Part shown: piece by piece, positions 12,067 through 23,368 of the stretch
Numbering within the stretch: position 1 is the stretch's first letter
Layout of the letters: each line of letters starts with the position of its first letter
Assembly (NCBI GenBank): GCA_973895155.1
Contig: OZ316891.1
Location: forward strand, 13,609,037 to 13,673,036
DNA length: 64,000 nucleotides
Reading direction: 5' to 3'
Source of the DNA: Marsupella aquatica
Taxonomy: Eukaryota > Plantae > Marchantiophyta
Made by a program: the position numbers and the translations under genes
The notes under the pieces: generated by a model
Database searches by the model: none
Seen by the model: the letters and a program-made list of their open reading frames with translations, nothing else
What the model was told of the DNA's origin: nothing

Positions 12067-13815
12067 ACATATTGAACTAAAATCAATGTAACGGACGGTC
12101 ACACTCTTGGACAAAGACAAGAAAAATGTTTCTCACCTGAAATTTTTGACTCTCTTGGGCGTTTGATTTGTTGTCCCCGTGCTTTGGCTTTCTTGGTCTT
12201 CCAGTTTCAAGGAATTGTTTTCTTGCATGAACAATTGTATCTTTGAAGCACGATTGAAACACCATCGAAGAATTGATGGCATTTGATCTCATTGAGTGCT
12301 CAACCAGTATAGCCGATGGCGTAAGGTCTGACAATAATCTAGCCTTCCTATATTTTAACTTTTTTGCCAAAACTGTGAGCTTGGCATCAGTTTCGGCCCA
12401 CTCAAGAACCCATTTGGCCGCCCTAGCAGAATGTTGCCCACTGACGGCAAGGAAAACAATCTCGCCTTTCTTCACTCCTGCAAGAAGGTCTTTGCGGTCG
12501 TTCTCCGTGCTGTCAAAATGAAGCAACTTTCTAAGTTTTGGATTGTAAGGAAGAAGGTCCGCAACGTGAGGTTCATGTCCAGGGTTTTTCACCATGGATT
12601 CGGCTATGTGCTTCACATGGGCACTGTTGAGCATCTTGTAACATAACCTTGCCGGAGCTGGATAAATTTTCTCCACTGGAATAGAAAATATTTCATTTAT
12701 CCCAAAAGTATAGTACTGCTCTATTCTTTGGAGAACATCATTCCCTTCTAAGACCTTCTTCTCCTCCGGGGCATCAAGTTTGTCTCCCTCATCCTCTGGG
12801 AGCATCTGTACGTCCGTCGGAGTTGACCGCGCAATAGTCTTGTCAGTTTTATGTTTCTTCTTTACTGGCTTCTTCTCGGGTTCCTTCGGCTGTGTCTCAA
12901 TTTTCTTGCGCTCCTTCTTCTCTCTTTGTCTTCGCTTCCCTACCACTTGTTTGGAGGCTGTCCCGGCCGTTGTTCCTACAGTCCCGGTTGTTGTCTCCTG
13001 AGATATTTTTCTAGGCTTCAGAACTTCTTTGTTAACAACTACTGGAGGCTTGTTCACCACTACTGGTGCAACATTTGTAGGCTTGTTCACCACTATTGGT
13101 GCAACACTTGTAGGCTTGGGTAATGATTCTACCCACTTTTTTGCATTATCCATTGCAAAATCCTCTGCAAATATAATTTTCTTGTCAAGGAAAACACCTG
13201 ATTCCGATGATAGGAATCCTGCCTTGTCAAGCAAATTATTTAAAATCCATGTCACCGGAAATGTATAATTCCCTTGGTGTTTATGCATATTAAGCTTCAC
13301 ATATTGAAACCCATACATGATGTCAAGTGGAAGAATCCCCTTCACTCCAAGAGTCACCTTTTGAGTTGAATATGACTTAGGGAAAAAGCCCATTGCCAAC
13401 ACGCCAAGTTCTCCAGCTGCAGACCACTCAACATTGAATTCTGAAGAATATGCCTTTGATAGTAGATGTAGTTTAACCCATCGTATCCTTTCATGGAGCT
13501 CAAGAATGACGAAAACAAACCCTCTTCCTTCAATTCCAATGAAGACTACAGATCCGAGTACAAGAGTCTCCTGATCTGCAGTTCTGACCTTTATGCACAA
13601 AATGGGATCCCGTCTCGTTGACGTGCTAAGGAAATCAAAATCAACTCTGGAGAACTCAAGGCCCCAACGAAAATCTTCTCTGCTCTGCTCCAACAAGACT
13701 CCCTCGGAGCAATCTGCGTCTGAAATCTGTGGTTTCAATGCATTTAGATAGCTCCCTGCAGTAGTCCCATCCAGGCATATTAGTTTGGAAATCTTACTTT
13801 TGTAATTGTCAAAAA

Positions 13816-14153
13816 TTGGACACGGATCATCTCTATCCTCTATTTGGACAGTGATGATCTCTGTCCAATTTGTAATAAAGATCAGCTCTGTTCGATGAGA
13901 GGATACTGACGATCGTTATTATCATCTCTATCCTCTACTTGGACAGGGATCATCTCTATCCAATTCCTAATAAAGGTCCTCAGCATCGTCTGATAGGACA
14001 TCCTCTATCGTCAGTTTGGAAATAAATGATATCTATGCAATTGGACAGGGATGATCTCCATCCATTTGGATAGAGATCATCTCTGTCCAATTCCTAATAA
14101 AGATGACTATCTTCTATTTGGACTCTACTTGGACAGGGATCATCTCTGTCCAC
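13816..14153. repeat. Array 1 of the 25-bp palindrome TTGGAYAGRGATSATCYCTRTCCAA (intron 1 of the accessory gene)
   Basis: Copies at 13816, 13844, 13939, 14041, 14066 and 14129, plus degenerate ones. Confidence 0.9.
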
Positions 14154-14504
14154 CACACAAATATTCAACTTGTTACTGGGATACTCACTTGGATTGAGCG
14201 ATTGAAAGGCTCTGGAATCCTCGAGGGCCGTCTCCACCACGTCCTCAATGGATGAGAGGTCTGTCTCCTCTGTTGGCTCACTGACGAGACACACTGGAAT
14301 AGGTCTGGATGGCTCCATCGTGTGACACGTGGCCTTATGGACACGTGGAGGATTGCAGAGCGTTAGATCTAGGGCAATTAACGTGGTGGCTATGGGGATA
14401 AACTTTAGTGCGGAGGCAAAGCGAAGGAGTGCAAAGGCGTCGGAGTGAAGGAGATTGGAAGATAATGAGGCGGAGGAGCAAGCAAAGGAGCGCAAGAGCA
14501 GGAG

Positions 14505-14625
14505 TGGAGAAGAGGAGGAGCGGACGGAGGAGGGAGGAGAGCGAGCGAGGAGGAGAGCGAGCGAGGAGGAGAGCGAGCGAGGAGGAGAGCGAGCGAGGAG
14601 GAGAGCGAGCGAGGAGCGAGGAGGG
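14505..14625. repeat. Purine-rich 16-bp repeat (GAGGAGGAGAGCGAGC)n between the divergent transposon genes
   Basis: About 5-6 tandem copies seen directly. Confidence 0.85.
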
Positions 14626-15289
14626 AATGAAGAATGAGGCCCAAGTGGGACCTCCTGCCTCCTTTACCCCCCCTCGAGGCGAGGCAAGGCACACTGAACA
14701 CGTGGGAGGCCGAGGCGAGTGGAAAACCCTACATGCACGGCTGCCCTAAAGTGCGCCGCCCGACCTAATCCACTCGCCGTTGCTTAAGGCTGATCACGCA
14801 TCGCCTTATCCATAAGGGCGATCTTCAACAACTGGTATAAGATACTTGGGGTTGTCCGGCTGGTCCTCATTTGGTATTTTCATTTCTAGATTTTTGTTCT
14901 GTTCCTCAACCAGGTCCGTTCATTACGGAGCCCCATTGAGACACTCTTGTTTTCCAGACAGAACATCTAGTTTTAATTTCTTCCACACCCCTGAAGCATT
15001 TAGTTTACCAGGTTACTGATAACTACCCCTTCAACACAGTATTTTAATCCTTGGTTTGACAACATAAACTAAATTGAGTTTTGGGTTCAAGAATCATTTC
15101 CATTACAGGTAACTTTAAACCTAATTATAGAATTGTAGCATATTCCATTGATATCCGCAAATTTAGGAATTACTATATCTAAGTTAAGGTTGAAGTGAAA
15201 AAATCCCAGCCCAACTCACGATTGGGATAATCTCAATCCAACCGTTCTTTGCTCAAACATTAAATTCGTGTGTAGAGTCAATTGTCCGT

Positions 15290-15896
15290 ACAGGGGTCAT
15301 CCCTGTTTGCTATTTGGATAGGGATCATCTCTATCTGCTGTTTGGATAGGGATGATCCCTGTCCACCGTAGAGTACTGTAGAGGACCATATGAACTATAG
15401 CACTTTATTGGATCCTCTACAGTTTGGATCCTCTGGTTGGATAATGATCCGTATTCGCCGTTTGGATCCTCTGGTTGGATAATGATCCGTATTCACTGTT
15501 TGGATGGGGATGATCCCTGTCCGCCATTTGGATAGGGATGATCCCTGTCCACCGTTTGGATAGGGATGGTCCCTGTCCGCCGTTTTGATAGGGATGATCC
15601 CTGTCTACCCTTTCAATAGGGATCCGTGTCCGCGGTCGTTCTCCGGATGATCCCTGTCCGCCGTTTGAGGTATTTGCTTGATTGGACCCCAATATGAAAA
15701 GTTTCCTTGAATCATCCCTGTCAGTTGTTTGGACAGGGAATAGACCCGATCCACCATTTGGACAGGGATCAGGCGTGTCCGCCTTTTGGACAGTGACAGA
15801 CACTATCCGCTGATTAGGCAGGGATGATCCTTGTTTGCCGTTTGGACACTGACAGACACCCTATCCGTCGTTTGGACAGGGATCATCCCTATCCGA
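15290..15896. repeat. Array 2 of the 25-bp palindrome, ~28-bp period, upstream of the transposase CDS
   Basis: Copies at ~15314, 15342, 15500, 15528, 15556, 15584, 15612, 15729, 15758, 15786, 15814, 15842 and 15872; lies before a splice acceptor TGTGCAG at 16068-16069. Confidence 0.9.
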
Positions 15897-16086
15897 CGTC
15901 TAAATTGGGATCAGGGATCTTAGGGCTAGATAGGGACTTTTTGGGGACCTATTATTTTGCTTGATGGGGATAATCCCGATATGCGCACTGTCCTTGGAGA
16001 GGGTTGACACCTATGTGCTTCCTAGTTGGGACCATTCTTAACTAATACTTTACATTTAAAATTGTGCAGGTGAATACGTTATAGGA

Positions 16087-19000
16087 ATGACCGGAATATT
16101 TTTGAGAGGAGACAATGTGATATTGACAAATGATGGTAACGATGTTGCGAGCGGGACAGTTCAAAAAGTCAACCCGCAAGATAGTGTTCAAAAGATATTG
16201 TTGAGAGAGAATCGAATGGGAGTTCTCATTGAGAAAGTTTTTGACCGAACCACAAAACTACTATTTCCGATGCCTCGGGCAGAAAACCTTTTTGATGCCA
16301 TTGATTCTTGCGTTATTTGGGATTTGTCTTGCGCATATCTATCCACGACAACAAATTCTCAAAAACGCATTAGTGTAGGTAGTTGTTCAAATAGACCCGA
16401 GAGTAATTTGGAGAAAAATCCAATTGTAGAGGAGGACTCATCGACCACTCCGAGGCAAGGGGATGAGGTTGAAATGTTCATCTTTGGGTGTTGTGTAGCC
16501 CTTGGAGTTGTTTTCAATACAAATCCAATGGAAAGATGTCACAACATTTTACTTGGTGAATCACGGATCAGTGTGAGGGTCACTGATGTCATTCATGGGA
16601 GTAGGGTTTTACCTTACAAACACAGTGGGGCTGAAACAATTGACGAGGCAAAAGACTCATGGGTTCTCTGGGACGTGGCAGATGTCCGAAGTAGAAAGAG
16701 TTTCTCAAAGAAGGATGCGGATGATGATATCAATATAGAGCGGAGTTTTGTTGTGGAGTCTCCCTCAGTTGAAATTTCTAAAACTAATTGTGACTATTTC
16801 CAACGGTCAAATTGGATGTCAGAGTTGGTCGAACTATACATCGGTTCAGATCGAACCAATAGGGTTGCCACGGGGACCATCACTGTGCCTCAAGAAACGG
16901 CGGCGGTTGACGATGAAATGCTTGGTGAGGACCATGTAGGGATTGCTGTGAAAGATGTGGTGGAATCACAATACTTTCCCAACTTCCATAGGGGAGTAAT
17001 TACTTTGGTTCGGTGGCGAATTGATTCAACAAAACTACTTGCAAATGGGAAATTTTTGTCGGACATTTTGGTTGAAGGTTCAGAGAGGATGGAGTTGGTG
17101 GATAGGGATGATCTCTATCCAAATGTAAATGATAGGGGAATGCTGCGCACAAGGCCATACAATTTCAACAAGAGGACTCATGTAGATCCGATTGAAAAGA
17201 AAAGAAGGCTATTGGAAACCAAGGCAGTTTCAAAAACAACGAAAGCTTCGATTGATGAAATTAAAAGAGAGAATTGTTGCAAGCAGAAATGTTGTCTGAC
17301 TATGCCAAGAGAAGACATAGAAGATATTCAGATAGAATTTCACGGGATGTCTAGTGAGTCAAAAACATCACACATTTTCAACCTCTTCCACTACAGAGAA
17401 GATGATGTTCGTGATAAGGGGCACCATGTTCTCAAGGGTATGGTCGTATGTAGACATGCATTTGCAATCATCCATGGCTTTAGCCACATAAAATATTATG
17501 ACTACAAAAGGAGATATGTGGAGGGCTGCAAAATTGGGTTCCATGGAAACACGGGCTCCATGAAAACAAGGTCAAATACCTTGCATGCACGAGCTCTGTT
17601 GGAGGATTTTTTGACTCGAAATGCAGAGCCCATGCCTCATATACCTTATGCTGGGGCTCATGGGACAGACTCCACTGAATATCGTCTTCCAGCATGTTAC
17701 AAGAAGCTGGAGATTTTGGAAGATGTGAGAACAAAGATGAAGGAAGAGGGGCTTCCTCCAGTTACAGAGAATACTCTGTACAAGATTTGGAGCAAATCAT
17801 TCGCAAACTTCAGTTTCCATAAAGATGGTGCATTTGCCAAGTGTACTCTTTGTTGTGAATACAAAGATAGTTTGATGCGAGAAAGAAGGAAAAAAGAACG
17901 TGCTGAAATTGAAGAAAAATGAGCGCAACATCTTTGTGAGAAAATGTCACGTAGATATGTTTACTATGCTCATCGAGTGATGGCTAAGCAACATCCAGGG
18001 GAATATCTTTGCATCATTCATGACAAGATGGATCAAGCAAAGACGTGGATTCCAAAAATGGTTAGTACTCCTAAATCGCTTTCGGGTCATGGGATGCCGC
18101 TACCTATTGCTCTGACAGGGATGTTGACCCACGGAAGGGATCTAGGAGTCATGCACACTTTAGTGTCACTGGCCTTTGGCCAGGAGATGCCGATTTCACG
18201 GTGACATCCTTGGCTAAGTGTCTTCGAGACCTTGAAGAGTACAATGGAGACAAGACAGGTGACATGTTGGATGGCCTTTATTTGGAACCTCATAGACCTT
18301 TCTTTCAAGCCCTTCTTGACTTTGATGCATTTTTTAAGGGATATTTGGAACCAAAGAGTATTCCAATGAATAGGTATATTGGTTCTGAAGATGCAGCCGA
18401 GAGTCAGACGGAGACGGTCTCCACCCAACTTGGTGAGGATCAAGGAGGGGACATGCATGGGGAACAAGGCAGTCCATCTTTCAAGCCCTTGCCAAGGCAC
18501 CTAACATTGCAAATGGATAACTCAGCAAAGGATAACAAAAACCAGACTGTCATGGCATTTTGTAGTGAGCTTGTGAGTAGAGGAGTATTTGAAACTGTTC
18601 AAATGTCTTTTCTTATGGTTGGTCATATGCACGAAGATGTTGATGCACTCTTTTCGAAGGTATCATATCAAGTTCAGCACAAGGAAGTTGCAACTCTCCT
18701 TGCTCTTATGGCAGAGGTTTGGGAATGTGAGAGCATTCATCCAGTTCCCAGATTGATACAAGAAGTTGCATCTTACAAAGAATATCTTCAAACTTTCAAC
18801 GTTAAAGATATTCAAGGTCACTCAAAACCTGTATCATTTCTTTTCTCTATGAGAGATAATGTACCAATATTTCAGTATAAGTCCCATGTAAAGCAAGCTT
18901 GGGCTCTAGTTGGTGGAAGGTGCATTAGGGCAACAGATCTGACAACAAATTCCCTTCTTTTACCTAGTGGAGAGCCCTTAGCTAAATCCATTGGAGAGAT

Positions 19001-19829
19001 ACACAAAAAATCTGAAGAGATTATCCCATTTCTTACCAAGTACCTTGATTTTTTGAGAAGAAGTTGCACTGATGAGACATCTATAGCATATAAGGAAAGA
19101 TTTCCTCTTGTGAAATATTGGGAGAGAATTGTGGAGTTGTTGACAAATGGGCTTGCACTGGAAGGGGAGGGAAGTACTCAATTTCCCTTGAAAAATGGAT
19201 TTTGGCCTAAGACTAACCATGGCACTGATTACAAGGTCAACCAACCGGATCAAAGTGGTCCTCCAAGTGAAGATGAGGAGAATGCGGAGATGACAGCTCT
19301 TCAAAATGAGGTCTTGGAAGAGATGGAAGATCAAGCGGCACCATTTGTTGGATCTCGAGCTGAGAGAGAACAAGGACGGTGGATTCCCCTACAGGATATT
19401 TGTCAAGGGAACTTTGTATTTCTTCGACCAGAGGATGATTGGGAGAATAAAAATGGTGGAGGTCATTTCTGGTTGGTGAGAGCTTTGGGTTTGGTTGACC
19501 CTAAGCATGAAGTCCCAACTACATCTCCAACAAACCCTCCTCTGCCTCAACAATATGCTCCAATGTTTCCAGTCGAATGGTGGAGGCCTAAACACTCTAA
19601 ACTTGATGTGACTGAGAGTGCACGGTATCTAAACTGCTTCATGTCCACTAAGACATGGGAGCGAGATCCAGGGTTTGGTGAGAACGCTCAACATTGGCAG
19701 TATGCAAATTCTGCAATGTATGGTTTTAAATCTGGCATGAAAGAAGAAAACATGGCGGGCAGAGGTTTGAAGATTCCTCGAAATGTTCTACAAACTATCC
19801 AAAGTTATCTCCAAAGGATGGACAAGTAG
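16087..19829 (+). pseudogene. Sola1-like DDD transposase with three N-terminal Tnp1/En/Spm-like repeats; disrupted by one stop and one frameshift
   Basis: ORFs 16087-17922, 17944-18204 and 18201-19829 join through TGA at 17920-22 and a frameshift near 18145-18150. Motifs: CCKQKC, VCRHAF, FAKCTLC..H, IIHDKMDQAK, LQMDNSAKDNKN, FLMVGHMHEDVDALFS. Confidence 0.85.
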
Positions 19830-20074
19830 ACTTAGTTGTTACTTGTGAAGCTATAATAATTATTAAATAGATAGTTACTTAGATAGTAACAAGTACCTAC
19901 TAGTTATTTACTATTTTAATAGTTTTAATGTGAGACCATGCCATTGAGTGTTAGTTATACTATCTCCTCATTTTCTAAACTTTTGATTGTTATGAATATG
20001 AATGTTTGCTTTTTTTGCATAATTAAAAATATTTTTCTATTCATTCTTTTCTTTTAAATGATTATAATAAGAGT

Positions 20075-20400
20075 TGGTACACTTTTTAGGCCAAATGTAC
20101 ACTTTGTTGCACTCAAAGCTACACTTTCTAGACCAAATGCACTTAAATGTACACTTTTTAAGCCAAATGTATGTTTTTTTCACTCAAATGTACACTTTCT
20201 AGGCCAAATGTACTCAAATATACACTTTTAAAGCCAAATGTACCTATTTTGATGTTCAAATATACACTTTTCATTGCCCAAATGTACACTCTTTAGGCCA
20301 ATTGTACACTTTTCTATCCCCAAATGTACACTTTTCATTGGCCAAATGTACACTTTTTCAAGCCCAAAAGTACACTTTTCATTGCCCAAATGTACATAAA
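20075..20400. repeat. Right subterminal repeat array CCAAATGTACACTTT, ~13 copies, ~22-bp period
   Basis: Seen directly, running up to the right TIR. Confidence 0.9.
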
Positions 20401-23368
20401 TCAAATAATAATACACTTTTAATGAATAGGCTGATAAATTCAAATCGAGTGATGCACCGCGTTGCTAGCTTCAGTGGCTACGTTCTCGCCAAAAAAAATC
20501 CAAAAAAAGTTACCGTTCAGACCTTGGAATCTTTGACTAAAGGCCGAAAAACAGCTCTCTGTTTTTTTGGAATATTCCTTGGACTGTGCAACAGGTCTTA
20601 CAGGGGGCCGTTCCCCCTGTCCAAGCGGTTAATTTGGTGGGTCACCGGGCCCGGGATGCCGCTTAACCAATGAGGAGCCTGGAAAGGATTAAAAAACCGG
20701 GCCTAAGGGGGTTTAAGCCCCTTAACACAAAAATACTGTCTTAAAAAAGGCGCCTATACGCATGACGGGCCAGGCAGTGCACAGGGGGCCGGGGAGTAAA
20801 AAACCGAGTCGAAATGGGCAGGGATGGAGCTGCGACAGCCGGGAGTTCTGGGATGTCCACGACGGCCGCGACGATCGGGACGTCTGGGACGTCCGTGCCG
20901 ACTGCGACGTCCGAGACGGCCGGGACGGCCGGGACGTCCATGATGGGAGTATTAGCGAGGAGGAGGAGGGGATCGCCGATGGGGTATTGACAGGGGTGCA
21001 AGGGTCGGGAGGGTGTGTATACACACCACAAAAAAGGCCCTATTCTAAGTTAAAATATGCACAAAAAATAAATTTGTTGGGTTACTCACACTGCCATTAT
21101 CACTTTACACCAGATAAAGACTAGTTGTCGACGGGAAATGTTACCAAATTGCACCGGCACCGTTTGCAACTCTAGCAGAGTAAAAAATTCCCGTCACGAC
21201 TCCTTCACTTCGCGTCAAGTGTCAATCTTGGACTCAAAACGACCACTGCACCGCGATCTCTCCGTTGAGCCGTTGCACTTCCCGTTTCTTCCTTTGAGTC
21301 AAACGCAACGACAAGTAACCCCACTTCAGTCAAAAGAAGACTCCATAGCCAGTCAAAAACTCAGAACGGCTCTTTTGCTTGGTACATCGCACTCACTACA
21401 CCCTCGATAGCAAACCAGCTACCAAAATAATCAGCTTTGCCCGATCTACGATTTGAGCTAAAGGTTGTGACGCCTCGCGCACCACAAAACTCACACCGTC
21501 GAGAAAATGATCTCAGTTCCCCCCCAAAAGAACCGTCGAACAAAACCGTCGAACACGAATCACAAAAAATCCAGAACGACGGAAACGTGAATTCCTCCGC
21601 ACCACGAACTCCGTTCAGAGATTTCTTTGCACCGTCAAAAAGCCCTTGCCCCGATCTATCCGTTGAGCCCAACACGTCCAAGTTCCATGCAACAGAACTC
21701 CGTCTCGGGGGTTTCACTTCCACAAAAATGGCATATCACGTGCGACGAAGGATAGGGTCATTTTATTGGTTCTAAAGGAAGACTTAAGAATTTTTGTAGA
21801 AGAATAATAGTGTATTTTAAATTCAATTTTGAGACTTATAAGAACATTAGGGTCTTTTTAATCCAATTTTTAGAATATTCCAAGAATATTCCAACTATAT
21901 AGGGGTTAGAAAATAATATTTTTTTTCTTACATTTTAGGGGGTCCGAGGCCTAAAAACGTCGCAGGCGATGGGGAGGTCCCCATATAGTGAGACCCCCAA
22001 GAACTCCGTGAAATCCACCAACTCTAACTATTGTATGCTATCAAAAGCAAATATCATCGAATATATTCTAAAAACTCGGTGTTCGTTCCCGTGGAAGAAC
22101 AAGAATGGGATGAAAAGATGTTTTAAAGTGTTTTGAGTGGTTTAAAGATGATACTCAACATCTATAAGAAAAATAGAATCTTAAACAAAACACAAAGAAT
22201 TAATAAAATAAGAACAAAGTGACATTTGTTGTACAACAGAATCTTAGAGCTTTTAGAGGTATAGTTTAGCAATATTTAACTCCGTCACCATGTCTTAAGA
22301 AAGAGCTATGGCATTATTTGAGACGTTGATAAGTCAAACATAACCTTGCTATAACTGCTCTCTAGGTTTCTATCATAAATCTATGTTTAAGAAGTGTCTA
22401 TGCTCACAAAACCCAAGATAAGTTTCGGATTGTGTATATAGTAGTGTGTCATTAAAATGCCGGCAACATGTTTCCTTCTTCAGCGATGCGCAATTCCAAA
22501 GGAAAACTAATGCACATTCAGTATACCACAATGGTACTTCAAATCCGTGAATTAAGAATGTCGCTACTTCTTAATCATATAGATTTCTATTTCTTGATTT
22601 CATGCAATACTTATCTTCCAAAGATAAGTCCTTCATGTAAATACAGAAATGGACAACAAATGTTGTAGTTTGGATTAGGCACCGACCAACGGATCTTCTA
22701 ATACATTCCACAAACTGTATTTTTATGGGTTTTACTTCTTACGGTAATTGCAACATGCATTACCATACGAAGGAGGGGTAGACTCCTAGCACAAGTAATC
22801 AAATTCCAAGGTATGCAAATCTTCCTTGCAAAATTGCATTACACGTACAAGGGACAAAACTCCAAGATGAGGAGATGCAAATAACTATCCACACTGTCTC
22901 AAAATGAGACTGGTATCACAATAAGTACATGAGATCGCCCATAGGCTAAGGAGAATGAAGAGACATGCCTCTTCATTTCCTAAGTCTAAACTAAGTAAAG
23001 TAAAAGTCAACTTTGACTAAGGGATAGTCAAATGGTCAAAGCTAAGTAAAAGTCTACAAAATAAAATACTAATCTCATACTGTAATAGGAGGAGGGTCGA
23101 CTACAAGTATGTTGAGCATAGACGACGATCGCAACGGCAAGCCCATGAACCATCCAACGCACAATAGTCGACACAAGAGATACGTGGTTCACCTCCTTGA
23201 GGCTACGTCCACGGGAACACACAAGAGAGCTTTACTGAACTCTAAGCCCGTCGGTTATACCGAGTCTCCACATGTAAGCTCTCCCTATCTCTCAAGTGGC
23301 TCCATAACAATGAGCCTTGGTTCTACCTCTCCAAGCACACATGCCTCTTATGATATAGTGTGCAACTT

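Larger units (their letters stand above)
9429..14318 (-). pseudogene. Spliced transposon accessory gene: ParB/Srx-like domain plus N4/N6 DNA-methyltransferase-fold domain (one premature stop)
   Basis: Exons 14318-14189 (ATG; donor CCAA|GTGAGT), 13755-12137 (acceptor TGCAG; donor CAG|GTGAGA) and 11798 onward (acceptor TGTAG), with compatible phases; TAG at 11648-11646. ParB-like: IPVEKIYP..LNSAHVKHIAESM..FLAVSGQHSARAA..N. MTase-like: NPHAKPTRMIQKIIQTLSEPGDLILDFFSGG. Confidence 0.78.
7759..20435 (+). mobile_element. 12.7-kb TIR DNA transposon, Sola1-like, carrying a large accessory gene
   Basis: TIRs ATCAGCCTATTCA(A/T)TAAAAGTGTATT at 7759-7784 and 20410-20435 (25/26 identical); 4-bp TSD AAAT at 7755-7758 and 20436-20439. 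Removing it restores a Copia A leader colinear with the Copia B leader (~28290-28400). Transposase motifs DKMDQ / QMDNSAKDNKN / GHMHEDVD. An AWWT TSD is typical of Sola1. The boundaries are firm; the superfamily call is less so. Confidence 0.88.

Noticed and set aside
14335-14749. Overlapping low-complexity ORFs (LLARSPPRSLSS / ERGGERARRR)
   Set aside because: Artefacts of the 16-bp GA-rich repeat.
15417-15803. 128-aa minus-strand ORF
   Set aside because: Derived from the palindrome array; repetitive peptide.
15290-15896. CRISPR-like appearance of regularly spaced palindromes
   Set aside because: Units are separated by only ~3 nt with no unique spacers, there are no cas genes and the context is eukaryotic.
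7761-20433. Alternative element ends CAG...CTG with a 2-bp AT TSD, or a CACTA assignment
   Set aside because: Alignment with the Copia B leader fits a 4-bp AAAT TSD with ATCAG ends; there are no CACTA termini or Tnp2 transposase motifs.
20722-21775. Several 90-120 aa ORFs in the Copia A leader
   Set aside because: GC-rich repetitive leader, partly homologous to the non-coding Copia B leader; no domain signal.
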